Shown here in pieces: positions 26,064 to 38,390 of a stretch of 64,000 nt of DNA (the first letter of the stretch is position 1; every line of letters begins with the position of its first letter). Position numbers and translations under genes: made by a program. The stretch spans positions 8,122,001 through 8,186,000 of the forward strand of contig NC_087437.1 of the NCBI RefSeq assembly GCF_036321535.1. Direction: 5' to 3'. The notes below the pieces were generated by a model that made no database searches, had not been told where the DNA came from, and saw nothing but the letters and a program-made list of their open reading frames with translations. This DNA comes from Camelus dromedarius. Taxonomy: Eukaryota.

Positions 26064-26984
26064 ACTTGGCCAACAAGGCATCCGATCAAAAAACTTGCCA
26101 GAGTATATGGGTCTGATGCGATCTGGAGGTTCGACTCCTGGTTCAATATTTGCAGCCTCTTTTTGTTCTTCAGGTTGCTGGGCACACTGGCACCCGGGAG
26201 GTTCTATCACCAAGCCCATTTGGGGCTCTGTAGTCTTAGTGTCATCTGGCTCCTCTGGTCGCGGAAGCCCCGTGTCCACCTCCACAGGAGGCTCCATCTC
26301 TGCGCTGGGCTTCGTCACCACACACGTGGACTCTCTTTCCAGTTCCTGTCTGGGTTCCATAGCCGGAGCAGGCTGCTTCCCCACAGGAGCCTCTGACCCT
26401 TCCGGGTCACCAGCCACAGGACGTTTCTTGCTTCCTAGAGTCTGTGGACTTTCACACACCCTGCCCAGTGAAGGCTGTGTTACCCTTCCAGGAGAACACC
26501 CTGCCAGAAAACACTCACCTTCTAAACTCACTCCTCCTGGCAACATTCTCAGAGAAGGTTTTGTTTCCTGTGAGCCTAAGACCCTGCTGACTCCTAAATT
26601 ACTCCCCTCCATGAAGGTCCCAGAAATATTCTGTCTTTTTAACCCTATTTCAAGCTTCTTGCTTGATGGAGATTTTGTTTTCAGTGATGCCATCCTGTCC
26701 TCATATTTATTACTACATGGGGAACCTTCTCTTCCTAATCCCACTCCGAGCCCCAACTCCGTGGGAGAGTTTGTTCCCACGAAGACCCTCCTCTCTCCTA
26801 AGACATCCTTTCCTTCCTGGGCGAGCCCCACCTCCATGCTCAGGGGAGAATTCCTCTCAGACACCCTCATTCCTCCAGGGGCACCCCTCTCTAAGGGGTA
26901 AGCTGTACCTGGCTGGGGGGAAGATCCCAATCCCTTGGAGGGCCCCAACCCTTTGGGGGACCCTACTCGCACGAAAGAGCACAT
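26064..26984 (-). CDS. EFHB: EFHB (EF-hand domain family member B / CFAP21) coding exon 1, 307 codons from first in-frame ATG (MCSFVRVGSPK...YSGKFFDRMPCWPS)
   Basis: ORF 26022..26990; C-terminal part GVEPPDRIRPIYSGKFFDR..CWPS recognised as EFHB; donor AGT|GTAAGT, phase 0. Start uncertain: in-frame ATGs at 26984, 26870, 26837. Confidence 0.9.
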
Positions 26985-26999
26985 TTCCACTCGGACTTC

Positions 27000-27215
27000 C
27001 TGCTCACTGCTTCCTGCCTATCACTTAACAGCTGGCGGAGTTCACTGGGAAAAGGGAGATGGTCTGTTTACCCGGTTACCTGGGAAGCGGGGGCGTGGCT
27101 TGGAGCGCAATTCTTTCTCGGGCAGGGCCCCGCCTATCTCTCTCCCTCTCTGTCTCCTCTCCCTCATTACCTCCCCCTCCTCTCTTACTCCCTCTCTCTT
27201 TTTTCCCCCTTCTTT
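27000..27215 (-). promoter_or_regulatory. EFHB: EFHB proximal promoter: RFX X-box-like site, forkhead site, GC boxes, CT-rich tract
   Basis: GTTACCTGGGAAGC 27075-27088; TGTTTAC 27065-27071; GGGGCGTGG ~27090-27098; CCCCGCC ~27128-27134; local CpG enrichment just upstream of ATG. Confidence 0.65.
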
Positions 27216-30200
27216 ACTAGATCTAGAGGGCAAGAAAACTTGAAGGATGAGGTCTTAGGTACTAGAGCAAATGATCACTAGCTTCTCTTTGCTTTCCCAA
27301 GCAGTGCAGTCTCCTTAGAATGGGTTCAGCCAGGGGCTTCCGAACCTGGCCATGGGCCTAGTAATCTCACTGGTGATCAGGGAATAAATAGCCGCTTTCT
27401 GGTGGTGATCACCAGTTTTGGGTCCTTCCTTGTGAAAGTACATGCACACTGCTTGTGGTTCTTTCAGAGCTTAAGAACTTCAAAAATTCCGTTGTTTTAT
27501 TTGGCCCCTGTGGTAAGAAACATCTCAATCTTTGAGAACACCTACACTTCAATAATTGTGCTTTAAATAGCATTTCAAGTATATATATTAAAGTTTGAGA
27601 TGCATTATGCAATAATGTATTATTGAATCTTTAATGTGGCAAATTCAAACTTTTTAAGTATGAGATTTTCTTTAAATTCTCTTTAAACCCTTTCAGGTTT
27701 TAATGAATGTGTATTTGGTGAATATTATGTTCTACACATATAGGGGATATAGAACACCTTGCTTAGAATTTGAATGAAATTTGTAAGATTCCACTTTTTT
27801 AAGTGCCCTATGATAAACTTGTAAAATCCAAAAAATTTTTTAAGTGATTAGGAGAACCTATTTCACATTTGTAAAAACTGTGTACTGTAATTTTCTAGAC
27901 AGTTAATATAAATATTCTTTTCCCCCTAACCACTTTAAATGATTTGATAATGTGTAAATCAAGGTATGTCTGTATAAGGGTTCATTCAGTTCTTTTGTTT
28001 ACAATTATCTGTCGAGTCTCCACTTTGTGTCAGTCCTGGGAATTCAATGGAATATATACCAAGCCCTGTCTCATAGACTATATTCTAGTGGGGATAGATA
28101 ACCATCAAGTACACCAATAAATAAGATCATTTCACCTGATAAGTGATGAGCGTTGTGAAGTAAACAGAACACGTTGATATGGAGGGAAGCTACTTTAGAA
28201 TTGGTGGGCTTAGAAATCCCTTCGGTAGGAGACATTTGCGCTGAGGCTTGCATGATGCCCTGCAAAGACACCAGCTTTTTGAACATAACTAGCTCAGGTT
28301 TTCATTGCCTTTTCCTCACTGCCTTGCCACCATGCCTACAACTCCTTACATTAGAATGACCTTTTGGTTTGTCTCCCAGTTAACAGTCCCAGTTAGAAGT
28401 AAATGTTACCATTCATTACCATCTCTGCCAAGAGTCATTCTTCAACCACACAAGGGAAGAGAGATTTCCTGGAGGAGAAGGTAGAAGATATGGGGGAGCT
28501 GGAGGTGATGAGAGATGCAAGGTGCTGGGAATTAGTGACTCAGTGTTTAGGTTTGACAGCAAAGGCAGCACTAAGGGCAGTGTGCAAGTCTGTATAACTT
28601 TATTTAGGCTCCATCTATTTTGTAGCTTCCTTAACAAATTTTATCCACTAGTAGGATCACACATTTGATACTAAAATGTATCAAACTATCGGTCCTCTTC
28701 AGTTATCTGGGGTTAGGGAAAAAACACAGGCATACTGTAAGTGGCAGTACAGGAACAAAGCTTTACTGTGGCGTTTCAACCTCCCCAAAATTACCACTGG
28801 ATCTTAGAACTACTAGCCACTGGCGCAGCACTCCCCTAAGCAAACATTATGACTACGCTATAAATACCATGGAAGGCACTCCTGAAGGAGGTGCATTAAA
28901 AGACAAAACTGGTAGAAGTAAATGAATGAGGAAGCAATGTCCCAGAACAACGATGAAGTTCCTGAGAATTTACAAATTTCAGCATCCTTGTGTTATTTGT
29001 GAGGTCTTCTTAAATGTTCACCATTCTAAATGTAATTAAGCTCACAAATATTTTTGGGGTCCCTATCATATCAATCAAAGGTCCTCTGGGAGGAACTGAA
29101 ATGATGAATACATTATGATCCTGGCCCTTAAGAACTTTAAAAATCTGAATGTGAATAAAACTCTGAGGAGGAAAGTCTAGGCATTCTCTTACTGCAAAAT
29201 AAAGCAAATAGATATTAGAACTCTTATGAGTAAAGTACATGAAAATACAGGGAAAAAGATAACTAAATCCAGTAAAGTATCTTCAGATGCCATCCGGAAG
29301 AGCTGGCATCCTGAACAAGGTGTGTCCTGCAGCGATGGGCGGTAATGGTGTCGCCGGCGAACAGAGCAAAGTGCCAAGATGAGAACACACAGGCAGCTCT
29401 CTGGGAACACAGAGTAGACTGGCATATGATGAGGGCATGAAGCAAGAGCTTGAGGAGAAGGTGGCTATAGAAATAGAATGAAAAAAACATGGATTGGGAC
29501 TAGAGTTAAAGAAATTTGTACTCTAGCAGTTAAACATTTTTGAGTAGGCGAGTGATGGGCTCAAGTGTAAAGAATGCATTGAAAAGGCATGAGTGTGTGT
29601 TAATTCCAGTTTATATGAATACTGCCTTGGCCCAGGCACTGGGATTAGAGCTCAGATCTGGGGAGTAGAGAATTTGGGATGACAGAATGGACAAGAGTTG
29701 AAGATGATTCTGCTCTTTCAAGTCCAGGTGACTGGGAGGCTGTTAATACCAGTCACCAAGCAGAAACAGGTTTGAGATGGAACAGGTTTGGTTTCCAACA
29801 TACTGTTGACATGCCAAAACTGATGTAACACATCCTGTTTCCCTTTTCTTCTTGGGATTGTCAGAGATACACTACCATGACTAACATACCATATTGGAAC
29901 AAGCCACTTGGGATAAAGTGCCACAGATCCCATTTGCACATGACGCATAATGTTCTTCTGCTTAATAACTGGGGAGTTGATCAGAAAGACTGTTCAAGGG
30001 TCCAAGGCATCTTCATTGCAAAATGTTGACTGAGCACCACAGGATACCTTACCCCAAGCACACATCGAGACAATCAATACTGATGTCCTCACAACAGGGC
30101 TATAAATAGTAAACAGCAAACTGAAAAAGCAGCTCTCATCCTGAGGGAAAATCGATTTAACATTCTACCAAATTCCGAAAGGAATTTTGTTCTGTTTTAT

Positions 30201-30309
30201 TTCAGATGCCAACAAGAGGCTGTCTATTGTGCGAGATTTAACCAAAACAGCCTGTCTTAAGTAGGTCTGCAGTGGACGGTAATGTATATCTTGAGTTCTT
30301 TTTACTTGG

Positions 30310-30680
30310 AATAGTGCCTAAGAACGCGGGTCCTGGAGCCAGCCTGCAGGTTAGGACTCAGTTTCGTCACCAACACCGCGGTCATGCTGAACAAGTTACA
30401 CAATCTCTGTGCCTCAAATTGTTTACCTGTAAAGCAGGCACGCCACATTCATTAATTCCACAAACATGACCCAAGACACTTGGCTGCCAGGCACTGTGCC
30501 TGACAGACGACAGCGTGGACCATTTTGGGGAGGTAATACTCAACGTAGTAAGGCAGACGATAAAGCCAGTTTCGAGCGAATGCCTCATATTGTACGAATT
30601 AAATGGGATAATTCCTGTAAAGCGCTTAGTACAGTAACTGGCGATAGAAAACTCTGTATAAAAGTTACCTATTATTTTAT
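30310..30680 (+). mobile_element. MIR split by a short L2-like piece (~30445-30570)
   Basis: caagttacacaatctctgtgcctc...tgtaaa, then gaattaaatgggataat..taaagcgcttagtacagt. Confidence 0.65.
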
Positions 30681-31259
30681 AATGTGCCCCTCCCCACCCA
30701 AAACAGGTAAGCTGTTTTGTGTTTTCTCCAGAAAAGGAAGTTACTGTTGAAGATTTCCCCGCCTAAATACAACTCTGTGGGGGTGGGGGTAATCTCATCC
30801 TTCTCCCTGCAGTATATACCACTTACCACCCTTTACCTACCCACCTACCCCCAGGGACGTGTTGGGAGGCTCTCTTGTGCTAGAAAAGTCGCCCCAAGAA
30901 AGGCCCTTAGCCGAGTTGGCAGAGTCCGGGTGTTGCGGAGTAAAGAAAGGGGGACTGTGAGCGCACAGCCACAGAGGGAACTTCACCGCCCACACTGGCT
31001 GGGAGCAACAAACCCAGGTCTCCCCGGCTCCCCGGCAGGTCAGTCAAGGAGTCCCCTGCACCCGCCCTGCGCCGCCGGGAGCTCGGGACCGCCGCCCAGA
31101 TAACAATGGCGCCGGCGAGGGCGGGGCCGCCCTCGCCCCGACGGGGTGGGGGAGGGGGGCAGGCGGCGGGCCCCGTGGCTCGCGGGGGCCACGTGACGTG
31201 AGAGGAGGGCTCTGAGAGAGGGCGGGGGAGCGGATGGAGCGGGCGGACTGGTGACGACC

Positions 31260-31686
31260 GGAAGTGACGAAGGGCCGTAGTTCACGACGTGCAGCGACGT
31301 GGCGGCGAGGCCGGCGCCGGGCGGCGGAAGTGGCTCCCGCACTGGAACTGGAGTGTTTGTGTTTTGGTTTGCAAAGGAGCCGGCGGCCCGCCTGAGGGGA
31401 GGAGGGAGGAGGAGGCAGAATTAGTGGGAACTCGAGCGCCGGCGGCGGGCGGAGGAGGAGAAAGGAAAGAGGAAGGCGGAGCGGAGATAGGCGGGGACGG
31501 AGCCCGACAGGGGCGGCACCGCCGCACCAGCTCCGCACCGTCCAGTCTGAGGGGAGCGGCGCAAGGAGGAGACGCGCCGCCGCCGCCGCCGCCGCCTCCT
31601 CGGCCTCCTCAGCCTCCTCTTGGGCTACGCCTGGGATCTGCCGCCAGGAAGCTTCGGCGCCGCGGCTCCGCGCGCTGCGGGCTCAG
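31260..31686 (+). other. RAB5A: RAB5A non-coding exon 1 (5' UTR); start approximate
   Basis: Within CpG island, ends at CAG|GTAACC donor; no ATG seen; next exon acceptor tttacag| at 34717/34718. Confidence 0.75.
31576..31596 (+). repeat. (GCC)7 trinucleotide repeat in RAB5A 5' UTR
   Basis: Direct read. Confidence 0.9.
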
Positions 31687-34289
31687 GTAACCGAGCCGGC
31701 CCTCCTCCGCCAGCCCGGAGCGGGTCAGGACCCGGGTGGTCTGCGGGCCGCTGCTGGCAGGGAGTACCCCGCCCTCCCCTTCTCTTGCCGGGTCGCTGGG
31801 AGCTGCCGAACCCGGCGTCCCGTCCTGCAGGCCCCGGTGACTCATCCTTCAAGGGGCTCCGGAGGCCAGGATTTGGGGACCGGCCGAGGGAGCGACGGGT
31901 GTCACCCTCTTCCCTTCTCAAGATGGCGCCGCGAAGGAGGCCCGGAGGCCGCGGTTCCGCCTGCCCGGTCCTGGCGGTGCGGGGTGGGGGAGGTCCCCAG
32001 CTAGAGCCCGACCGGAATCCGGGGAGGCGGATGGGAGAGATGGTCCAGGAGCCCGGCGGGGCCTGCCCTTTCGGGAGATCCGGAGTTTGGTGTCAGTGAC
32101 CCAGGTGCTCTCCGAGGAGGAACCGGGGCCTCCAGCAGGTGTGAATTTGGGGGAGCTCCGCCTACCTTCGACTTCCCGAGCCGGGTAATGGAGGGAGGAG
32201 GCGGCTCGGGAAGACAGACTGTTAGGGATTCTTGTCTTATCATTTCTGGAAGGTGGTGAACCGCAGGTTTAAAGATCTCGAGACAACTAGGCCGCTGAAC
32301 ACCGTCAGAGGGTAGAGCCCTCTGAACGTGCTCTGCTGTCCGCCTCCCTGCATGCTGGTGAACGTCATAATTCACATACTTGGGTTTTGTCTTTTGCCGA
32401 AGTGGAGCCAAAGTGTTGAATTAGTTGTCTTTTACATAATTAGCAGGAAAAAACACCATGGAAACCACTGAGATATTTCAGGACAGCTCAGAAACTTAAG
32501 TCTTAATGTAAAATGGGAATAATAATAAGATCTTAGAGGGTTGCTGTAAGCGTAATTGGTAGTATAGCGCTTGGCGCAAAATAAAGTGCCCGGTAAATGT
32601 TAGCTGCTGCCATTAATACAGTTTTGACCAAAGAGCACCTAGAAGACTATATAGAATACTAGTTATTTTCAAAAGATTTAAAATGTATTTTATGCGAACT
32701 CTGGTTTTGCAAAACAAGTTTAAGTAGTGAATACAAATGAATGCAAAAATTACGAAATGTGATTTTTAACCTTAATGTTATGCTAGCTGTACATTTATAA
32801 TTAGTTTTAGTTATTTTTTTCTTTAAGATTCTTAGCGGGGAACCGTAACCCAGAGCTTTAAACCTTAAAAGGCAAAGCTAAATCATACTTTTTTTTAATG
32901 GGCATTTGATGTTTTCCCTGAAATTGTGGAAACACCATGGAAATTCGGAGCATGTTGTCCTTGATGCATAATTCAATTTGCTGTTTTGTAGGTAATCAGA
33001 CTCAGACCGTTGGGAAGTGTTTCAGTTGTTACTGTGTGTAGTATCTGAAGGTGTGTTGGTGCATTTTCAGTCTACATGACATTCTGTTGATATTTGGTCA
33101 TTTCATTAAAGGAGCACTTTGCCAGTTTTCAGTCCCTACACTGTGCTAGAGACTTTTCGCATATACACTCTCTTATTCTCACAGCAGCTGTGTAAATTAG
33201 GTATTCCGGAAAAAGAGGCTTTGAAATGAAAGAACTTGCCCCTGCAGAAATTGGTATAGCCAATCAGGACTAGATCCCCAAATCTGGTATGTTTTTAGGA
33301 CAGTGAGAAGGTAGATGTGGGGTTGGAGCGTTTTTTTTTCTTACAAAAAGTATTGTAAATGTACAGAAGTAGGGAGAATAGTATAATGAACCCATCACCT
33401 ACCTTTAGTTATCTTATGGCAAGTCTTGTTTTATCTACACCCCCATTGTCTGGAAGCAACTCAGACCTATTATTTCATTTGTAAGTGTTTCAGTATGTAT
33501 TACTTAAAGATAAGGACTCTTCAAAGCTGTGTTTAGGTGAGGCAGAGGTGATTTTATTGTCTCAAGAATGTTAAGTCTTGTCTATACGTTTGTTAATGAG
33601 TTCATTGTCAAGAGGGATTCTTGTATAAACTCATTTCATGGGTAAGGCAAGTTTCTTATAAAGTACCTAAGTGAAATAAAACAGTGATTCGAGAAGGGGA
33701 ATCATCAGATTTAATGTTACTAGCACATGATCAGATTTTGATTAAAGATGAAAGAAAACTGTTATGATTGATTTGTGAGGAGATTGGAAGAGTTCTTTAA
33801 AAGTTCATAAATTCCTTTGAGATTGAATATTAGCATCATTAGATAATAAGAGAAGACACAGAAGTTACCCTTCTCTGACCAGTCTTTTCTAAATGTGTTA
33901 AATAGAAAATAATGACACATTTAATTGTTAGCTCAGAAACTACAGAAAAGTATAAGTAAATAAGACACTAATTAGCTCACTACATAGAGGACCACTGTTA
34001 ACACTTCCATGTATGATGTACTGGAACACAGGAGAAAGCAGTTTTAAGTCTTTTAGCCACTAGACGCACAACCTGAGAGACTTAAAATATTTGTTGCTCC
34101 AAAGTTACCATAAATTAAACAAAAAATATGTACCATTTAACAGGAGACTTTAAATAATAATGACCAACATTGATTGAGATCTTACTATGTTCTAAGAGCT
34201 TTCCATTTATAAACTTAAATTTACTCAAAACTGTTTTAACCTAAGTAGTCTGTTTCCAGAACCTGAAGTCTTGAGTCACCTCTCAGGTT

Positions 34290-34480
34290 GCCTGGGTTTG
34301 AAACAGCTCTGTTGAAGTTCAGTCACAGTAAACTATGTGACCTCAATCAAGTTACTTAACCTCTCTGTGCCTGTTTCCTCATTTTCAAGGATTATAATAG
34401 TCAGCATTATAGGATTGAGTGGCTGTGTGAAGTACTTAAAACCCCTGGCACAAAGTTGAGTCTTTAATAAACGTTAGCTT
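34290..34480 (+). mobile_element. MIR SINE
   Basis: tgtgacctcaatcaagttacttaacctctctgtgcctgtttcctcat. Confidence 0.75.
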
Positions 34481-34810
34481 TAAAAATTTTAGGAAGCCTT
34501 GAAAATTACAGCATGATTTTAGGCTCAGTTCTCACTGAGTTTATATTACTTTCTTAATGAAGGTAGTGATTTAAGCTAAATGGCATTCAATGTCCAGTAG
34601 ACGTTACAATTGTTATACAATAAATGTTAGAGGCAAAATTTATTAAAGTGATTAGTATTAGGGGATTTGCTTTGTTTTTCGGATTTGTATACTTAATTCA
34701 AATTTGTTTCTTTACAGGGTTCTTTGCCTTTAGAAAGAAAAAAATTGACACCTTGCATCCTGGAAGTTCATTTAAGAGACTGAAATTAGGGACTTCTTTC
34801 AAATTTGGAC

Positions 34811-34973
34811 ATGGCTAATCGAGGAGCAACAAGACCCAACGGGCCAAATACTGGAAATAAAATATGCCAGTTCAAACTAGTACTTCTGGGAGAGTCTGCT
34901 GTTGGCAAATCAAGCCTAGTGCTTCGTTTTGTGAAGGGCCAATTTCATGAATTTCAAGAGAGTACCATCGGGG
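34811..34973 (+). CDS. RAB5A: RAB5A exon 2 coding part ([11 protein letters not shown]...GESAVGKS...ESTIG); exon starts 34718
   Basis: P-loop [11 protein letters not shown]5A-specific N-terminus, gacATGG Kozak, donor G|GTGAGA, 163 nt. Confidence 0.98.
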
Positions 34974-37900
34974 GTGAGAGTTTCTTTTATCCTTTCTTTA
35001 ATTGAATCAGACATAGACAAGTAAGATTTTGCAGTTCCGATTGTATGATGAAGAATGCCGAAACAGGTCATAGAGTGGAGACAAGAGCTGTTCAGCAGAC
35101 CTCAAACTTTATAGCTTGATTTTTGTTAAGATAACATTTTTTAATGTTTTGATTTCCTGGTTATCCCCAGGATTGTTGTATGGAAGCTAAAATACAGGTG
35201 CAAATTGAATAGAATCAGTGTCCCAAGAATAAGATTTGAAATGGTATCTTTCTTGATAATGATTAGAAATTTCTTCAAATTAAAGAAGCTGAATTATATT
35301 GGCTGTATGTTTGCGCTGAGTTATATTGGCTGTAGAATGAATAGGTAAAATAGTAAAAGTAAATAGTAAAAGAGTTAACCTTAAAATTCTAATTCTAAAT
35401 AACGACTGTTTATAAATTACACTGATTTGTAAAATTAATTAAATTTTATTAAACCTGTTTAAAAATGCTCCTAGGGTGAGGGAAGAGAAAAAGTGAGTGA
35501 TTAGCAGAGAGGAACATGAAAGGGGAATGGGCCCTGGAGAGAAAGATGAAAGAAGAGAGGAAAGAAGAGGAGTTAAGCACTGCATGCAGTGGTTGTAGGA
35601 GGACTGAGGTGAGGGCAAGATGAGGTGCCAGAGAGGAGACAGCTAACAGTGCTGTGTTGTGAACAGAAGGCAAGAGATCAGCTAACTGAATTTAGCTAGA
35701 GAAATCCACAGCTGTGTACAGCAGCAGGGTAAAACAGGCTTTTTTTGGGCCTGTTTCATCTGTCAAATGAAGCTTTTGAATTAGATAATGTCAGAGGAAC
35801 CACACAGCTTTTAGATTCACAGTATTTTGCAAGGGGTGTATAATTAAGCAGTACTGTATTTTTCCAGGTACTCTTGAATGTATTTTTAACCTCGTATGTT
35901 TTAAAGTCAAACTCTTGAAAGACATAAGACAGATAGCCATTAGCATGTGGCAACTTCTTGGAGTCCACCTTTCAGAAGCATAACTTTATGCTGTGCATTG
36001 ATTGTATGTTCTCCAGTACACTTGAGAAGTTTATTTGTTGTTTCAGATCTTTCTAATAAGATAAATTACAGAACTCTACTGTCTCCTGGCTTTTCCCTAC
36101 ATGGAGGAGATAAGCTGGATAAGTGGTATTTCCACTTTAATAGGCTCAGCAATATAACACTGATTGTCAGCCCTCTGCGTTTATGTATCTTGTGCAGTGT
36201 AATCCCATTTTAGTTTAGTATTTTGTGTTTTTTTATAATGGATGAGCATCAGAAATATAGCCCATATAGTGTGCTTTTATTTTGATTCAGAAATATTGGT
36301 ATGTTTTAAAACTTTAATGCACATTATTTGTAGTTTCTCTGTTAATGCATTTGTGTGTGTGTGTGTATGTATATCTGGCTTAGTAATGAAATGTTACCTC
36401 TCAAGCTTTACCCTCCTCCAGAAAGCAAATTGAGCCAAAGCTAACTAGCCCACATGGTAGGAAGAGCTGTAAAGACTTCAAGGTTATGTTTACCCACCTT
36501 AAACTGGTGCAGAGAGTAGTTATAACTGCTTCTTGGCAAGTGATTGTCAATTGCAGCATTTTCCAAAGTACGTATGCTTTGTAGGCTAAATACCCGGGCC
36601 AGAGATGTTTGGGACTTGTTATATGCTTACTCTCCCTGCCTTCACAGTTGTATTGAAATAACAAAAGCACTGAAGCACTATAGTAAAGAACTTAATTCCT
36701 AGGAAATTTTATAAGAGCCTAAGACTAGAATTTTTATTTTTGCTTTGAATACTTCCAGTTATTTTCTACGTGTATTTTTCCCTAATGACATTTCAAAAAG
36801 GACATTTAAAAGAAAAGTTTAACCCCATATCAGCACATCATCATAAACATACATATCCTCTGAGATATGTGTGTGTATATATATATATAAAATCTTCATT
36901 TCCATTTGATACCAATTAGATTGTCTACATTTCATTAATGAGATTATCAGAAGGGTTTCATTCTAACACATAGAACTTCCTTAATGTTTTCTGCTTGTAC
37001 AGATTCAGTCTGGCTCAGTCTGGCTTTTTAAACCAACATTAGAAGGAATTTACATCCAAATTTCTGTGTTAATGGTTATTGGATACCTTTCACTGTGTTG
37101 ACCACATATTAGTATCTTCAGGAGGTATGACAGTGCCCTTATGATATGGCTGTGAGCCATGGCTTTTTGGTTTTTTTTGAGATATAATTGACATATAATG
37201 TTGTGTAAGTTTAAGGTGTTAGGCATATTGATTTGTTTACAGAGTGAGCACTGTTCCTTTATGCCCTTTGCTAGCAGCTCTTACCCTTAAGGACTAGAGT
37301 AGGTTTAAGGATTTCAGGGATTTTTCAAAGATTTCAAGGTTTGAGCTGTGTAAGGATCAGTATGTATTTTTGTTTTGGCTGATGTGTGGTAGGAGTTACC
37401 TAAAAATGAACCTGGCCAGATATTTTACATTTCATCTGTTCTTTATTTTTTACTTAACTGTTTATATCTAGTAACATTAGTTATGGTTTGAAGAGCTCAC
37501 TTAAAATTTTCATCTCTGTTTGATTGTGTTGTAAGGTGGAAATCATGTACTGCACTCTTGAATTTGTATATTCGAGAACCTTATATTCATCAAGAATATC
37601 AAGGTTTCTTCTGTAGTTTTTGTGGTTCTTCCTAAACATGATAGCTTGATTTAAGAATCCATGTTGTCCCACTGTACCGCACACTCCTGCCCCTTGACTC
37701 CACAATGTTCGTAATGAGATTAGGTAGTTAGGGGTGGGTTTAGCACTTTAGGGAATTCTGGCTTATTTGTAAGAGTTTAAAGTTTACATGACATTTATAT
37801 TCCTATTGGTTTGTCTAAGATCAGCCCAAGTTAGCAGGGAGCATTAGATCCAGAAGGTTGTCTTCCTTCTTGTTACCTCATCTGGGGGCTCAGTAGCTCT

Positions 37901-38221
37901 TGAGTAAGTACTTGTTGATGATAGGATAGGGCTGACCATCTTTCACTTAACATCTTCAACACCTAAAGACTTTAAACATTTCTAGTGAGTTTCTCTTGTC
38001 AAAAAAAAAACAAAAACTTGTTTAATATATAATGAAAAAGCATGCAATCATCCAGCCCTTTATTTCTTTTGAAAGATAAATGTTTGATATTGCCGTCTAA
38101 TTTTATATGTAGTAATCATCAAAGAAATATCTTACTCTAAAGTTCAGGTTACGGAACTCTTCATGAGAATAACAACAACATTACTCTTGCTCGTACTCTA
38201 GTTTTTAAGTGTTATTTTAGA

Positions 38222-38390
38222 GCACATGTTCTCAAAGAGGGTTCCTGTTCCAGAAACATCTGCATTACATTGGAACTTGGTAAAAATGCATACTCCTATA
38301 TTGAGTCAAAATACTGGTGCACAGCCAGTAATCTGAAGTTTTAACAAGTTTAACACGTGATTCTAATACGTGCCAAAGTGTGAGAACCTC
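38222..38390. mobile_element. MER5-like hAT fragment
   Basis: gttctcaaag...tgtgagaac inverted ends; catctgcattacattggaacttggtaaaaatgca. Confidence 0.6.

Larger units (their letters stand above)
30880..32350. promoter_or_regulatory. RAB5A: CpG island / TATA-less RAB5A promoter, divergent from EFHB
   Basis: Very high GC and CpG; ETS sites ACCGGAAGTG 31257-31266 and CGGAAGTG 31325-31332; E-box CACGTG 31190-31195; GC boxes; YY1 CAAGATGGCG 31919-31928. Confidence 0.93.

Noticed and set aside
26029..26901. 290-aa plus-strand ORF
   Set aside because: Antisense shadow of EFHB exon 1, non-ATG start, low-complexity product
30717..32411. Multiple Pro/Arg/Gly-rich ORFs in the CpG island
   Set aside because: Expected from stop-codon scarcity at high GC; no recognisable domain
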